This document shows, one piece after another, positions 1 to 13,991 of a stretch of 64,000 nt of DNA (position 1 is the stretch's first letter; each line of letters begins with the position of its first letter). Source of the DNA: Eledone cirrhosa. Taxonomy: Eukaryota. The notes beneath the pieces are model-generated. The model ran no database searches. It was given only the letters and a program-made list of their open reading frames with translations, and was not told the DNA's origin. Both the position numbers and the translations under genes were made by a program. The stretch spans positions 2,356,001 through 2,420,000 of the forward strand of contig OZ024752.1 of the NCBI GenBank assembly GCA_964016885.1. The letters are read 5' to 3'.

Positions 1-89
1 TAGTTAATAAACATACATATTTATACGTGCACAGACACAATCTCACACAGAAACAAAAACGCACACACACCCACGCACACGCACCTATA

Positions 90-142
<53 letters not shown>

Positions 143-233
143 AGTATATGTTGGTTGTATACCAACACCTCAGTATGCAGATAGGAACACTCGACGAAGT
201 GCGCAGGTTGATTTGGTTACTCCGGAGTAATGT

Positions 234-507
234 AAAATAAAATAAACAAATCAAATGTTTAAGATTTGGCTTCGTTTATTACTGCTATATATAATTCGGT
301 GAGAGCCATCTTTGGCTGTGACCTCTTCAGGCAGTCCGAATAGTGTGGTATAGACGAGTGCACATGTTGTTGAGGTGTTTAACTTTGTCAATACTCTGAT
401 ATGCCCAGTTACTGGTTGGGTTGTTATTTCACTGAGAAACTGGAATCATATCATGATAAACGAAGTAATAAACGAAGCCAAATTTTAAACATTTGACTTA
501 TTTATAT

Positions 508-513
<6 letters not shown>
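234..513. mobile_element. PLE pseudo-LTR-like remnant with inverted ends (234-283 vs 464-513), near (TA)n tracts
   Basis: AAATGTTTAAGATTTGGCTTCGTTTATTACT is mirrored by AGTAATAAACGAAGCCAAATTTTAAACATTT; contains an HHR motif on the minus strand. Confidence 0.6.
281..335 (-). ncRNA. Type I minimal hammerhead ribozyme motif with one core substitution (GAAA>GAAT)
   Basis: Minus strand reads ACTGC-CTGAAGA-GGTCACAGCC-AAAGAT-GGCTCTCACC-GAAT-TATATATA-GCAGT; helices I and II pair. Confidence 0.7.
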
Positions 514-577
<64 letters not shown>

Positions 578-580
578 CCG

Positions 581-644
<64 letters not shown>

Positions 645-843
645 CATGTGTGTGTGTGCGTAGTTGTGTGTGTGTGTGAGCCCCAAAGTACTGGCACGCA
701 AGTGTGAAGATATAAGGATGCAAACATACTTCGATATCAATGGTCAGAATAACATGAGGATAAGAGAGTCGACAATCCTTTCCATATGACAAGCATTAAA
801 ATGTGTTGTTATTATAGCTTCATTTCTTATATTTTCAGACATT

Positions 844-953
844 AATCCCGCCGAGGTTAACTTTGCTTTTCATCCTTACGAGGTGGATAAAATAAAGTAC
901 CAGTAATACACTGGGTATTCGCTGGCTTTGTGCCAAAATTAGAAACAACTATT
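844..953 (+). mobile_element. tRNA-derived SINE (octopus OK-like family), 5'-truncated
   Basis: CCCGCCGAGGTTAACTTTGC..TTCATCCTTACG..GATAAAATAAAGTACCAG and the 3' tail match the other copies. Confidence 0.85.
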
Positions 954-1564
954 TGATAGCAAATGCTTAATCATATGTTTAATTCACAAAGAACATGGGC
1001 TAGCAATCCGGCCATATATTTATATGCTATGTGTAGCTTTATGTATGTATGTACTTTTACGAATGTATTATACATAAAATTACTTAGAACCCCAGCGTAC
1101 ATCCTGTAATTGTCACATATCTCTTCATATTTCTGCTAAGTTTCCTTTGCAAACAGTCTCATATTTCGTTCATGAATTTAAGTGGGGAAATAACTGTCGT
1201 ATTGAATTTCTACGATGGAACCACATTCTGGGACTATATCCGGCTATCTGATAAGCCAGAGAAGGAAGCAATTATTAATGTCATGTTCTGCAAAAGTAAC
1301 GTTGCTTCCCAAACGAGTAAAGTTGTCTTTTCGCTATCGTTACTACTGAGTTGGTGAAGTTTCCAAAAATGTATGCAGACATACTAAACTGCAAAAATAT
1401 TTCGATATATGTGCAGTCGCACTTGTATTATCACTGGCGGTAAAGCTATGGGCACACAGGCCAGTCTCTATCCGTTTGAATAAATGTATAAATGTATATA
1501 TGTGTGTTTATAATCAGTTATTTAAGTACAATTTCAAAAAGTTTGTTGCAAAATAGTCTTGAAT

Positions 1565-1640
1565 TCCCATTCTACTACTCTATGTATTGAGTACTCTGGT
1601 GTGTTATGGTCCATCTGGTTCCTTACCACATTTCCTTTGT
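1565..1640 (+). mobile_element. 3' tail of dispersed (TA)n-abutting repeat family B
   Basis: TATTGAGTACTCTGGTGTGTTATGGTCC..GGTTCCTTACCAC matches 14300-14356, 57195-57250 and 61170-61227. Confidence 0.75.
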
Positions 1641-1686
1641 TATATATATATATATATATATGTAAATAATTTTACATATATGCATC

Positions 1687-1767
<81 letters not shown>

Positions 1768-2331
1768 GTGTGTGTGTGTGTGTCTCTCTGTGTGTCTGTA
1801 TGTCTGTCTGTGAGTGAAAGTTTGCGTGTGCCTGTGTTTGAATGTGTGACAGAATCAGTGAGGGAGAAAGAAAGACATTCCTCATCCTGTACATACAGCT
1901 GTCAATTTAACGTCATTTCGTCTAACAATTTAAGACTATATGACCTGGACAATACAATGATATCAGTTGCCCTCTTTGAGACAGTGTGACAGTCGTGATT
2001 ACCGAATTTGTGTCCCCATTGGTCCCATTTCATTCCTATCACCATATCACCTACTTTACACCACAAGCCCTCATTCTCTTTACGCTTTTTCCTCAAAATT
2101 CCTCCGATATCACTACCGTTATCATGACTTCAAGTGAGACTGAAAGTAGGTCACATGTAAGCAAATAAAGAATCCAACAAAATCTAAAAGAAGAATGAAT
2201 AAATTATCTGTACACACGAAAGACAATATATATATACTAAGGAAAACGCAGAATCAACGGGCATACCGCCTATGGATGCATCCAAGCAAGCTTACTACAC
2301 ACACACACACACACACATATATATAACTATA

Positions 2332-2665
2332 AAGTATAACTATATATATATAGTTATACTTGGTGAGGGTCATATTGTTATTATATTGCTAGATATAACA
2401 ACAGAGCACACTCACTGTTTGGTTTGGGTTGGTTTTCGCTTTTGTATCATTTATATATCCATAGTTAAATTATTTGGCAATCAATGTTTATCATTGATTG
2501 ACCAGCGGTTAAAAATACAGATATAAATATATATAGTCTATCAACATCCTTTCGTCACACATCTGCAATATCATCTGTAGTACTATTATGTTTCCTTCCA
2601 TTGTATTTTAATGTAATGTCTACGCCATTTTCATTTTATTTATTTATTCTTATCTCTGCGCATGT
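2332..2665 (-). mobile_element. PLE pseudo-LTR (family C) with decayed HHR-like motif
   Basis: Reverse-complement match to 32180-32970 after removing two SINEs; direct match to 31372-31500. Confidence 0.7.
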
Positions 2666-3184
2666 GTATAATGTTTGGTGTGTGTGTTTGCGTTTGAGTG
2701 TATGTGTTTTTGTATTCTATCTTTGTTCACTAGTGTGTGTTTATATGTGTTTGTTGTTATTGTACTTCTGTATATATTTATTTATTTATTCATATTTCCC
2801 TTAAGACGGTATTGTTTGTTTCGGTATGGTTGTTGTTGTTATTCCATTCGTTCTTTATTTTCAACTGAGGTCTTCTCAGTTGCCTAACTGTTGTGTAATT
2901 TATATGCTTGCATATTATTTTTAATTTCTATGTTGTCTATATCACTGTCATGTCTTTGTCTGGCGTGTTCATATAGGACTGAATCGTTTTTATTTATCCT
3001 TTTAGCTGCCAAAGTGTTGGTCTATTATTTCTCCTATGCTTCGAGCTGTCTCACCTATGTATGTCGTTGTCATGTTTCCGCAAGTACCCTCTGTACATCT
3101 TATGCTATAGACTGCATTTCTAGTTTTACAATTTATCTGGGGTTCATTTTACATATAACACATTATTTATTTCTTATTTGTAAA

Positions 3185-3271
3185 CTCGCCGTATTGTAGA
3201 AGGTATTAGCAGTCCAGTTATATGCTCGCTTATAGACGGACTGCTAATAACATTTTCTATATTATGGTGAG
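3185..3271. repeat. Imperfect inverted repeat (hairpin)
   Basis: CTCGCC..TAGAA..ATTAGCAGTCC / GGACTGCTAAT..TTCTA..GGTGAG. Confidence 0.65.
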
Positions 3272-4249
3272 CATATTCAAAACAAAATAAAGACATGAGG
3301 ACATAGGAATGGAGACTACGTATTCACCGTATTTGCTAGAATTATTAGTCAATGCTCCATGAAAATACACCCACATTTCATGAAAATAGTAGTGATTGAT
3401 ATATTGGGTAATGCAGTTTAATATATTATTTATAGCTAATAAAGTGACAGTGTTGTAAGGGCGGAGAAATGTTTGATTCATGTTGAACGAACTGGAACTA
3501 CTGAATAAAAAAAGGACACCTCCGAGCCGTCAATATATAATCTATCAGACAACACAGTATACACACTAAAAACAATGTTAACAGTATCGTTACCCTAGAA
3601 AGCAATATTGATATTATAAGAAATAATTACAAGATTATGATAACAATCTATAACTACAGAAATCTTGAAACGCTCTTTCTAATACGGATTCAAAATGTTG
3701 AACTCAATATTTTCAATAGACCTGCTAGAAATAGAACTTAAATGTATGAATATACCATAAAGAAAGTTAAATTTTTATAAAGGTAGTCAGTATAGCTAAT
3801 ATATAAATAAAAACAAATGGAGAGTAACCGCATTCTTCACTGCTTTCTTCAAAATAATTCTAGAAATAAGAGTCAGTTATGATATGAGAAAGGACGAGAA
3901 AGTAGTGACCGGAACACATTTATTCAAAGGACTCTTAAAGTAGGACTGTCCTAGGTGAAACGTAAACACAGCAAACATTAATCAAGCAAAACTGACAAAC
4001 ACTGCCTATACGATTATCAATAATGATAATAGCACTAGCAACAATGCCCCCCAAAAACAAAAGCCAGCACTTTCGCAGCAGCCACCAAATATATCACCCT
4101 GAACAACAGTCAAACTCAGTTATCCTGAAAAATTCAACTTCCACAAACACTGCGCCACACTATCTGTAATAACCACCAAAACAATACAGCTACTACCACA
4201 ATAGAAATCATCATCGAAGGCGTTATCTCTAGAATCTTCATCATCATCC

Positions 4250-4316
<67 letters not shown>

Positions 4317-5310
4317 AATGAAGACGACTACGCCCGACGAAAGTAACACAATATCCAACACTCCCTTCACCACTAATTCATCCACCAACATAATCACCAC
4401 CACAGCCATATTGAGGTGGATTTAAGGAATACGCCTCATTTCTAAATCATTAAGACCTTGATTTATGCTTTTTGCTCAATGCACGTCCCACCCAATCCAC
4501 TCTCAGACTGCTACGTCTTGTCACCTCAAACTTCGTCTGAAGCTTGGCAATGTCCACACGTGACAAGCGTCACTTCTCTGGTACATGCCCCCACACACGC
4601 CAACAAATAACAACACCACTACCACCACACTGCCGCAAAACAGTATATATACCACACCAACTGACACACATACATTTGTGTACATAAAAATAAAAATAAA
4701 ATATGCACGTTTATCCAAAGATAAAAATACAAACGTTTACAAGCATGTAGAGCAGACTCACACATACAACACTTACGCACACACACACACAGAGACAACA
4801 ATTACACATATACACATACACATAAAACACTTACACAGTCACAGACAACACTTACACACACACACATACGACACTTGCACACACATACACACAGACAACC
4901 AGTCCAACCGTCCGATACAATAAAAAGAAAACAAACACTAGGACATGTAAAAATAACTGAATATAATAAAATATAGAATGAAGGAAAGGGGAAGGAATCT
5001 CTGGTGACAACAGACAACAGACAAGGGAAGCAGTTTGGGAGAGAAAATGGTATCTCTGTATCCAGGGGGGTTAATAGACACATGAACTGGGAGCCTTGCC
5101 TGAGCATTTAACCACCTCTTGCTTGGTTGAGAAGAGGAAAGAATCCGAACGCATTATCCATTGTTCCAAACCATTTAATAAATTCATACCACGAATGATA
5201 GGCGCTGCAATCGCTGACTAAAACACAATTTAAGAGTGTTCTTGTTATTGTTGTATTTGTTGTGATTTGTCGTTGTCGTCAATTCTGATATGTGTTATTG
5301 CTTCTTTGTG

Positions 5311-5402
<92 letters not shown>

Positions 5403-6407
5403 CAGTGAGATGTATATATATAGAGAGAGCGTGATGTATGCAACCATACATATATCGAAGGAATTCCGGTGAGAGCGATTCATTCAATGACTTAATATGT
5501 ATTTATTTATAATAATAACATTAATCATAACAATTCTTATTATTATTATTACTGTTGTTAATGTTTTTGCTGCTGATGATGTTGATAATGTTGAATAACA
5601 ATAAGGGTGTTGCCAACGATGATGGTGAAGGATAAATTCTTAATGTGGCGCACTGGAAAAAATATAAGGAATTTGCAAATATAAAATAAAAAAAATTGTA
5701 AAAAGGAATTGAATTTAAAGAAGTAAAATAATCGAAAATAAATATGATAATAAAAGTGATATACAATTCATATACATTCCTGCTTGATAACATGAAACGC
5801 ACTATTCTGTCGCCTTCCTCTCAATAAAATATCTTCTACGCTCAACAATCTTTAAATACACTACTCACATTTACTTTCCATATCGACAAGTTAATGAGAA
5901 TGCCGTGACTTGCCCGCTCGACTTACTAAAAATAGCTGCCCAGACATTTTGATATCAAACTCAAACGACTTAAAACAGAAAAATAAAATCAATTTTCTTA
6001 ATGTAGTATGTTGATAAATGTAGTAATGCATACACTACAGCTAAATAAAATGATGGCGCTCTTATGGCTGAATCAATATAGAACATTGATCTTGTTAATT
6101 TGAGCAAACCAGAGGTTAAATGACAAAGGTGGTCATGGTCGTGCTACTATGGACCCTTTTATGTTGCCGCTAATCCACTGTAAAGAGCACAGTCGATGGC
6201 GGGTGAAAAAGAATATAGATATTTGTCACCAAAACGTCTTCACATATCCACCTTTTCTATTTTATTTTTATTTTTTCTAAACTATTTACTTGTACTTTCC
6301 TCACGAACTACTAAAGTCTGATACTTTGAACTTATTTTCTGTCTTTCATCTAAAGTATAAACGTAATAACAGTAATTGTTTTTTGTATCCTTGCATTTGG
6401 TATTTGT

Positions 6408-6465
<58 letters not shown>

Positions 6466-6467
<2 letters not shown>

Positions 6468-6717
6468 TGTTGGATGTGTAAAGCGTCCGTATGCGGTGAG
6501 CCGTTTGAGCACTCGATGCTCCTACAGGGAAGAGTATAATATGACATAAGAAACAGGACATTTGGAAACTCTGCATCGAAATATTGGGGAACTTGCGATT
6601 TCAGAGTCAGGTTCGATCATCACATCGATCGTGCCTCGAGCTGGTCTCCAGAGAAACGATTGAAATATGTCTAATAAACTGTAATTCCTCGAAAACACTG
6701 ATTCTCCGTTTCTTATG

Positions 6718-6775
<58 letters not shown>

Positions 6776-7078
6776 GGGGGGGTGTATGTGTGTGTGTGTG
6801 TATGTGTGTGTGTGAGTGTGTGTGGTATGGCAGCTAAGATGCTTCCATAGGCCGGTTGAGCACTCTGTGTTCTTACAGAACAGAGTATGATATAATAGAA
6901 AACGAAAACTCAGTGATGCATCTCAAATCCATTTATTGTGTGTTACAATTGTTTCACCGGTGGACAGCTCAAGACACAATCATTGACAGATCCACACAAT
7001 GATCGTGTCTTGAGCTGTTCGCCGGTGAACCAATTGTAACACACAATAAATTGAGTTCAGATGCATCACTGATATTTC

Positions 7079-7083
<5 letters not shown>
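6466..7083. mobile_element. Two diverged copies (6466-6718, ~6822-7083) of repeat family D; the second is a long fold-back
   Basis: Shared TTGAGCACTC..TACAG..AGAGTAT and GATCGTGYCTYGAGCTG; arms 6899-6985 and 6997-7083 are reverse complements. Confidence 0.7.
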
Positions 7084-7134
<51 letters not shown>

Positions 7135-7135
<1 letters not shown>

Positions 7136-7790
7136 TGTCTTTGGTCGGAGTGGAACTTAGGTACTTGAAGGTGACCAAATCTTCACTTGTTCCTTTGTTC
7201 AGCATGTTGTTGGTTGCTATATTCTGATTATTACTATTAAGTAGAAGCTTGGTCTTTTCTGAACTAATCTCAAGTCCTTATGTTCCTGATATGTTTTCTA
7301 GTTTGGTTGTAATCTTCGGGATTTCTACTCTACAACTTCTTGAAAGGTCAATGTCATCAGTAATTCGTAGGCTTGAAATGAGCCATCCTCAAATGGAAAC
7401 TGGGTTGTGGAGAGCTGAAGTGCCTCATGCACGATGTTTTTCAGGATGATGTTGAAAAGCACTGGTGAAAGTTGACAGCATTTACGCAATGCCACTCTTA
7501 TTCTGAAGAATTCTCCGATGGTGATATGGAGGAGAATTGCACATACAGTTCTTTAATTACTTGAATGGGGCTGATGTCATTATTGCAATCCTTCATCAGC
7601 TACCACAAACCCTCATGCCAAACATGGTCAACGACGTTTTTAAATTCGTTGAATTTATGATAGTCAGAATGTTGCTGCTGGTGCTTCTCAGTCAGTCGTC
7701 TGATGAGATATATCTGCTCTGTTGTAATTCTTTTGGGCCTGAATCATGCCCTTTCTTCTAACAGGATTTCAAATGCTTTTCTCTTTGATC
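7135..7790 (-). mobile_element. Decayed RTE-like LINE reverse transcriptase fragment
   Basis: Minus-strand peptides IQVIKELY and EDLVTFKYL resemble non-LTR RT motifs; many stops. Confidence 0.5.
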
Positions 7791-9422
7791 TGTTTAGAAG
7801 ATCTCTTGACTGTGCTTTACTTTGTTAGCTAATTAGGGTGACTGTTCTGTAGTTCTGGCCTAGTCTTAAGTTATACCAAATCTGAAAACCGGTGCTTTCG
7901 ATATCATATATTCTGTTTTATTTGTTCCAACGGAATTTCGGACATCCACTTGTCACTCTCACCATTTTACAGGCAGTGAAACAATGATTACCGAGTTGAA
8001 AACCACCAACCTCCAAAGTTATTGTACACGTAATTAGATATTTAAACCATAAATATATGTATTCACATCTATGTGAGATTTTAGTTTATAAGTAATATTT
8101 CTTAAAGCAAAGACATGTCAAGGATTTAATAATATAGCGATTTTAGGAATATTGAAGAAAATGCTCTATAACCAGTATTTATTTTCATCCCCCTAGCGAT
8201 GAAACTTTAAAATGTCTGAAGCAGTAATGGAAAGTAGTTTCATTGTTGCGTCATCGATTGTCACTTATTAAAAAAATGAACACGTGTTATGTTTAACAAG
8301 TTTGTTGAAATATATTCCTGGTTTTATTTGAAACTGCTATAAACTCCATAAATTGAAAAACCGTATGGTGATACGTAGATATGAATAAATGGAAAGATTT
8401 GCTGTCTTATTAAATCGAAGTGGTTTGAATGTAGTGAATCATTCATTACGTAATAGCATTGGTTGTAATTATGATGAGAGGAGATAAGCAGTCCAGTCCC
8501 TTTCTAAATGTTAGTATTCATGTTCTTGCATCAACGCATATATGTATATTGAATAACAATGTAAGCGACAGTATGTCGCAAGTATTTACGTAATTAAATT
8601 AAACACAAATCAAATGCGCAACATAATTTACCATTTCTTTTACAGATACAGCCCTCTTTTTACTACATAATCTTTTGTTCTGAGTATTATTTAAAGAACA
8701 GATTAATTTTAGTTTTTTTCTGTATATATAAAATAATTATTCATAGGAGGCCCACCAACAAGTGACCAGTTTCAATATTATATCTTCTATTACCGTAACC
8801 AATTCTATTTCTTTTTTGTTCTTTTTGCACATCTTTAAAACAATCGACCCTCTGGAATATGAGACGAATCCGACAATGGCAGCATAATGTACTCGTACAA
8901 AACAATCACTTATATTATCACTTTATGCATATTTTCCCTTTATAATTATGACCAGTTCAACATCTGAACAGCCTGATATCTGATATGGTCAAGTTTATCC
9001 ACGAATGCAACTTTACTACCCTCGATATACATATCTGGCTTCATGCAAACCATATTATACTTTAGAATTGTTCACACATCAATCTATCTTACCGACAATT
9101 ATCTTATCATCTGTCTTACCGACACATCATTTCCTCATTCTGAAAGAATGCACTGGTAAGGAGTCTGTATTTTATGCTTAATGAACTACGTAGTCACATT
9201 TCGAAGCCTCATAATTAAAATGGGTAATTAGCATTGATTGGTTTAGTTTATACGTTCTGTTATTTTCTTTTTTTTATCTCTTGATGTTAATTTATTTGTT
9301 ATTTGAAATTAATACATTATTATAATTTATCACATTGAAAGGATAGAAAGAATGAATTAGGCATGAAGAGAAAGATGGTGAGGCAAACACGTAAATGATA
9401 TACTCTACTGCTGCTTCTGTTG

Positions 9423-9495
<73 letters not shown>

Positions 9496-10104
9496 AACCA
9501 CTAATACTGCTACTAGATGTCTAAATATTGTTCACAAATGTGTATTTAAATATATATTTAAAACAAACTAACGATTTAATGTATTGTGCTTACAAGCGAA
9601 ACTATTTGAGTATTGCGTGTAGCCAATGAAGGAAATGTATTCTTGAAACTAACAGACTCTGACATTCTTCCTTCGTAGTCTTCGATTAGCAATAATTATA
9701 GAGTAAGTTAACAATTTAGGGGCGAGTGGCGAAAATACATGACATACTGTGAATGTCGTAGGAATTCTTTGCGTTTCTAATGGAAGTATCATGGTCATTA
9801 ATCATCTCAGCCCAGTTAGTAATATGGTGACGGACTTAGTCTTATGGTTGTGGGCTGTATTCTTTAACTGATAATTTGCTGCATACCAACTGGTGAAACA
9901 CTTAAAAGTTTTAAAGTTATAGCATTTGATTTCTGAAGGGAGTGGAGATAGTTAGGGATGATAGCATACCATTTCGATTAGATTTTATCATACGACATTC
10001 ATATAGGACTACCGACAAACCAGTTATTTAATAACATGCTCATATTAATACAAGGAACAACCAGGACGCGTCGACATAATATTTAGACTGATCTCGTATT
10101 TCAA

Positions 10105-10510
10105 TCTTCACTCATCTTCTTCGCCCAATTATACCTGGGAGGGTCGTGGAGGAAGAGTCATCAAACACTCTTTCCAGAAGCAACCGTCTCCAACTAATCC
10201 GGCTGGATCCCCAAGCATTACTAGTCAAGGACATGGATGTCTACATATAGGTCTCTTGCCGTCTGTTTTTGCCCGTAAAATATGTTCAGCGATTCTTTCT
10301 GAGACCTTCTAACCACACACCCATAATATCGGATCTCTGATCACTCAATTCGGAGAAGTAGCACTCTACTTGCAGTGACTATCCGATCTCCGAGTTACGC
10401 ACTTTATCGAGTAGCGTTATTCCAAAGACTCTGAGAAGGAGTGACATTTCGACCGCTTGTTTTCGCGATCGTATTCTTTCGGTCATTACCCAAGCTTCAT
10501 GACAATATCT
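10105..10510 (-). mobile_element. RTE-clade LINE 3' fragment (Expander/Rex3-like C-terminus)
   Basis: Minus strand encodes YCHEAWVMTERIRSRKQAVEMSLLLRVFGITLLDKVRNSEI. Confidence 0.75.
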
Positions 10511-10776
10511 AAAGCTTGGCAGGAAATGTGAATTGAACATAGTGATGTTGGTTTTACAATGAGAAAATAAATTTAAGTTATATTCTGAGGCAAGACAAAA
10601 TAAATAGTGTATACAAGGACAGGATCATCATGGATGAAATATTTTCAATAATACAAATTAACCACGATGGTATATAGTGAGATTTATAATGCACCAAAAG
10701 ACAAACTTCATCCGTAAGCTTCCCCGAGTTTTTCTGCCACGGCTGAAGTTCAAAGAGAAAGAAACATAAATAAGTA

Positions 10777-10789
10777 TATGATGTATATA

Positions 10790-10858
<69 letters not shown>

Positions 10859-10914
10859 GTGTGTGTGTATATATATATATACACACATATACATATATAT
10901 ATATGTGTATACAT

Positions 10915-10968
<54 letters not shown>

Positions 10969-11065
10969 ATATATATATATATATACACACATATATATAT
11001 ATATATACATACATATACGTACATATATATACATACATATTTATATATATACATACATACATATA

Positions 11066-11147
<82 letters not shown>

Positions 11148-11222
11148 CATATATATATATATATATATACAAACATATATATATATATATACATATATAC
11201 ACACACATATATATATATATAT

Positions 11223-11293
<71 letters not shown>

Positions 11294-11410
11294 AATATAC
11301 GTACATATATATATATATATATGCGTATATATACATATATATATATATTTTTTCAATAATAACAATATATATATATATATATATACTTACATACATATAT
11401 GTACACACAC
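10777..11410. repeat. Long compound (TA)n/(TACA)n microsatellite
   Basis: Read directly; source of the spurious YIYI ORFs. Similar tracts at 28980-29440, 34012-34657, 38372-38690, 39505-39845 and 40014-40162. Confidence 0.95.
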
Positions 11411-11674
11411 AACTCAAGTTATTGCAGTTATTCATCTAATGCCTTTAGAAATGTACGACTGAACGTTAATTCTTCCTCCATCTGGAATCAATAAAGTCTG
11501 ACAACATCGATTTGGGGGATATATTTGACATTGATATGTTAAGCTATCGAGTATGTTTATAGCATCAATAAGTCAGAGAATAACACAGTCGTACGCACAG
11601 ACAACAGCATACCTACAACCACAGACAGACACAAAACACACGCATCCATGTATATATGCATGTCTCTTTACCAA

Positions 11675-11770
<96 letters not shown>

Positions 11771-12434
11771 AAAGAAAGCAAAGAATGCTTACATACTCAA
11801 ACAGTTTTATTTGCTTACAATGTTTCATCCATACCGTTTGGTAGATATCCTCAGTGCTGAGTATAAGCTCCACCAAGCTTAGTCACACGAACAATCGGAA
11901 TACAATAGGGGGTAAAGATAGGGAGATCGGAGATGGCGAACAAGGATGAGGTACATGTTGTGGTTGTTAAGCACCACAGCTAAATGCTAGGGAACAAGCA
12001 GATTTCACAAAATGCAGATACAATTGATGGCACACAAAAGCAAAAAATACAAGCAATGATTAAAACATAATAAAAAAATAATAAACTAATAAAAAAGTAA
12101 AAGGAAGATAATATAAAGAGATAAAAAGTAAATAAAAAGGTAAAAAAATCTGTTTAAAAAGGAAGAAATGAAAACAGAAAGAATAAAAATGTTTTAAGCA
12201 CACACAGAAGCCAGAGGAATTTAAGCGCTGGTCCCTAATAACACAAGTGAATAGCATCTCCGTAACTTATAGTTATATAAGCACTAAGAGGTTCCTAAGG
12301 TACATCCAGAAAGACCACAGTAATCAAAAACCCCGCCATGGTATACATATACAAGGTATACTGGTAGGCACCTGAAATACGTAGCCCATCGGTGCTCCAC
12401 AAGCATATAGATAGGTATCACATAAATGCAAGCC

Positions 12435-12468
<34 letters not shown>

Positions 12469-12640
12469 GTGTGTATGTTTTGTTGGCCTACATGTATAAA
12501 TGTGTGCCTGAAGAGTAAACGAAAACATCAATGTAAACAATACTCTACAATAAAGATATATTTTAGTTTACCATTTGATACTGTAGGTAAATTGTTATAA
12601 CATATCAGAGTGTATGTATATATATATATATATATATATA

Positions 12641-12927
12641 ATAATTGTTTCTATGTTTTGGCACAATTCCAGCAAATACCCAGTGCATTACTGGTACTTT
12701 ATTGCACTGGGTAATTGCTGGCCTTGTGCCAACCCTTAGAAACAATTATTGGCTGTATCGGTAGAGGGTAGGATATGCTTTCCAGCATAGTTACGTCCCT
12801 TTACGATCTGAGTTCAATTCCCGCCGAGGTTTACTTTGTCTTTCATCCTTACGGGGTTGATAAAATAAAGTACCAGTAATGTACTGGGATAATTGCTGGC
12901 CTTGTGCCCAAAGTAGAAACAATTATT

Positions 12928-12930
<3 letters not shown>
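12641..12930 (+). mobile_element. SINE composite: minus-strand 3' fragment (12641-12703), plus-strand 3' fragment (12704-12750), near-full plus-strand copy (12749-12930)
   Basis: A-box-like TGGCTGTATCGG, B-box GAGTTCAATTCC, central core and tail CCTTGTGCC..AGAAACAATTATT. Confidence 0.85.
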
Positions 12931-12958
<28 letters not shown>

Positions 12959-13013
12959 CGTGGAAAAGTAACAAATCGGAGAATAGACCGTTAAAACATG
13001 TTTATTTAAAACA

Positions 13014-13053
13014 GCACCTACGTACGTTTCGCCCAGTTGGGCTTCTCAAGGGC
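13014..13053 (-). ncRNA. Type I minimal hammerhead ribozyme, U3-A8 core variant
   Basis: Minus strand GCCC-TTGAGAA-GCCCAACTGGGC-GAAAC-GTAC-GTA-GGTGC, followed by AATAAA. Confidence 0.7.
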
Positions 13054-13112
13054 ATAAATAACCGATGTATCACCTATCCTCTCCTTTTTTTCTCAATCTC
13101 GATACGTAAATA

Positions 13113-13197
<85 letters not shown>

Positions 13198-13317
13198 AAC
13201 CCAATGAAATAACAAATCAAGTCATTAGAAATATATTTCACTGCTTTACGATCGTTTCTAGGTGATGATAATACATCGTAACTATACCTCGTTATCGATC
13301 TATGTAAGGTTAGTTAC

Positions 13318-13354
<37 letters not shown>

Positions 13355-13359
<5 letters not shown>

Positions 13360-13405
13360 ATAATAATAATAAAATTGAAGACTAAAATCCAAAGAGGGCT
13401 CGATA
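13355..13405 (-). mobile_element. End fragment of repeat family E abutting (TA)n
   Basis: GAAGACTAAAATCCAAAGAGGGCTCGATA matches 50981-51009 and the reverse complement of 60549-60577. Confidence 0.75.
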
Positions 13406-13878
13406 TATACACATACGACAGCAGGCCAAATATGTTGAATATCCTTAATTATTTATTTCTGCAAACATAGAAAATTCATGATATTTGGCCTCCTGTCATT
13501 TCACTTTATAATACATTTACTGCGCTTCCGCACCACTAACATAATTCAATATGAAAGAAGGGTGTGTTGCATTACGTCGAGTGGTTTTTCTCATATTATG
13601 TCATGATTAACATTGCAGAATGACCAACTCTACCGAGTGGTAAACCAACAAATTTAAACGTATATATATATATAGGACCTCTTCCTACTATATCAAGCGT
13701 TAACCTAATATATCCCTTCCATATACTGAACCGATTGTGTTGTTATTTCCGTTTACCTTTTACATACATATATATATATATACATATAGTATCTTGACGG
13801 AACTAGCATGGGTATCCCTGCTAGGATCGGTGGCATCTCAGCGTACATATATACATACACACACACACACACATATAC

Positions 13879-13991
<113 letters not shown>

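Noticed and set aside
3990-4410. T/N-rich stretch as a LINE ORF1 remnant or host exon
   Set aside because: Compositionally similar to 42234-42800 but no alignable motif
12508-12535. CTGAAGA-GTAAAC-GAAA as an HHR
   Set aside because: No credible helix I or III; likely chance
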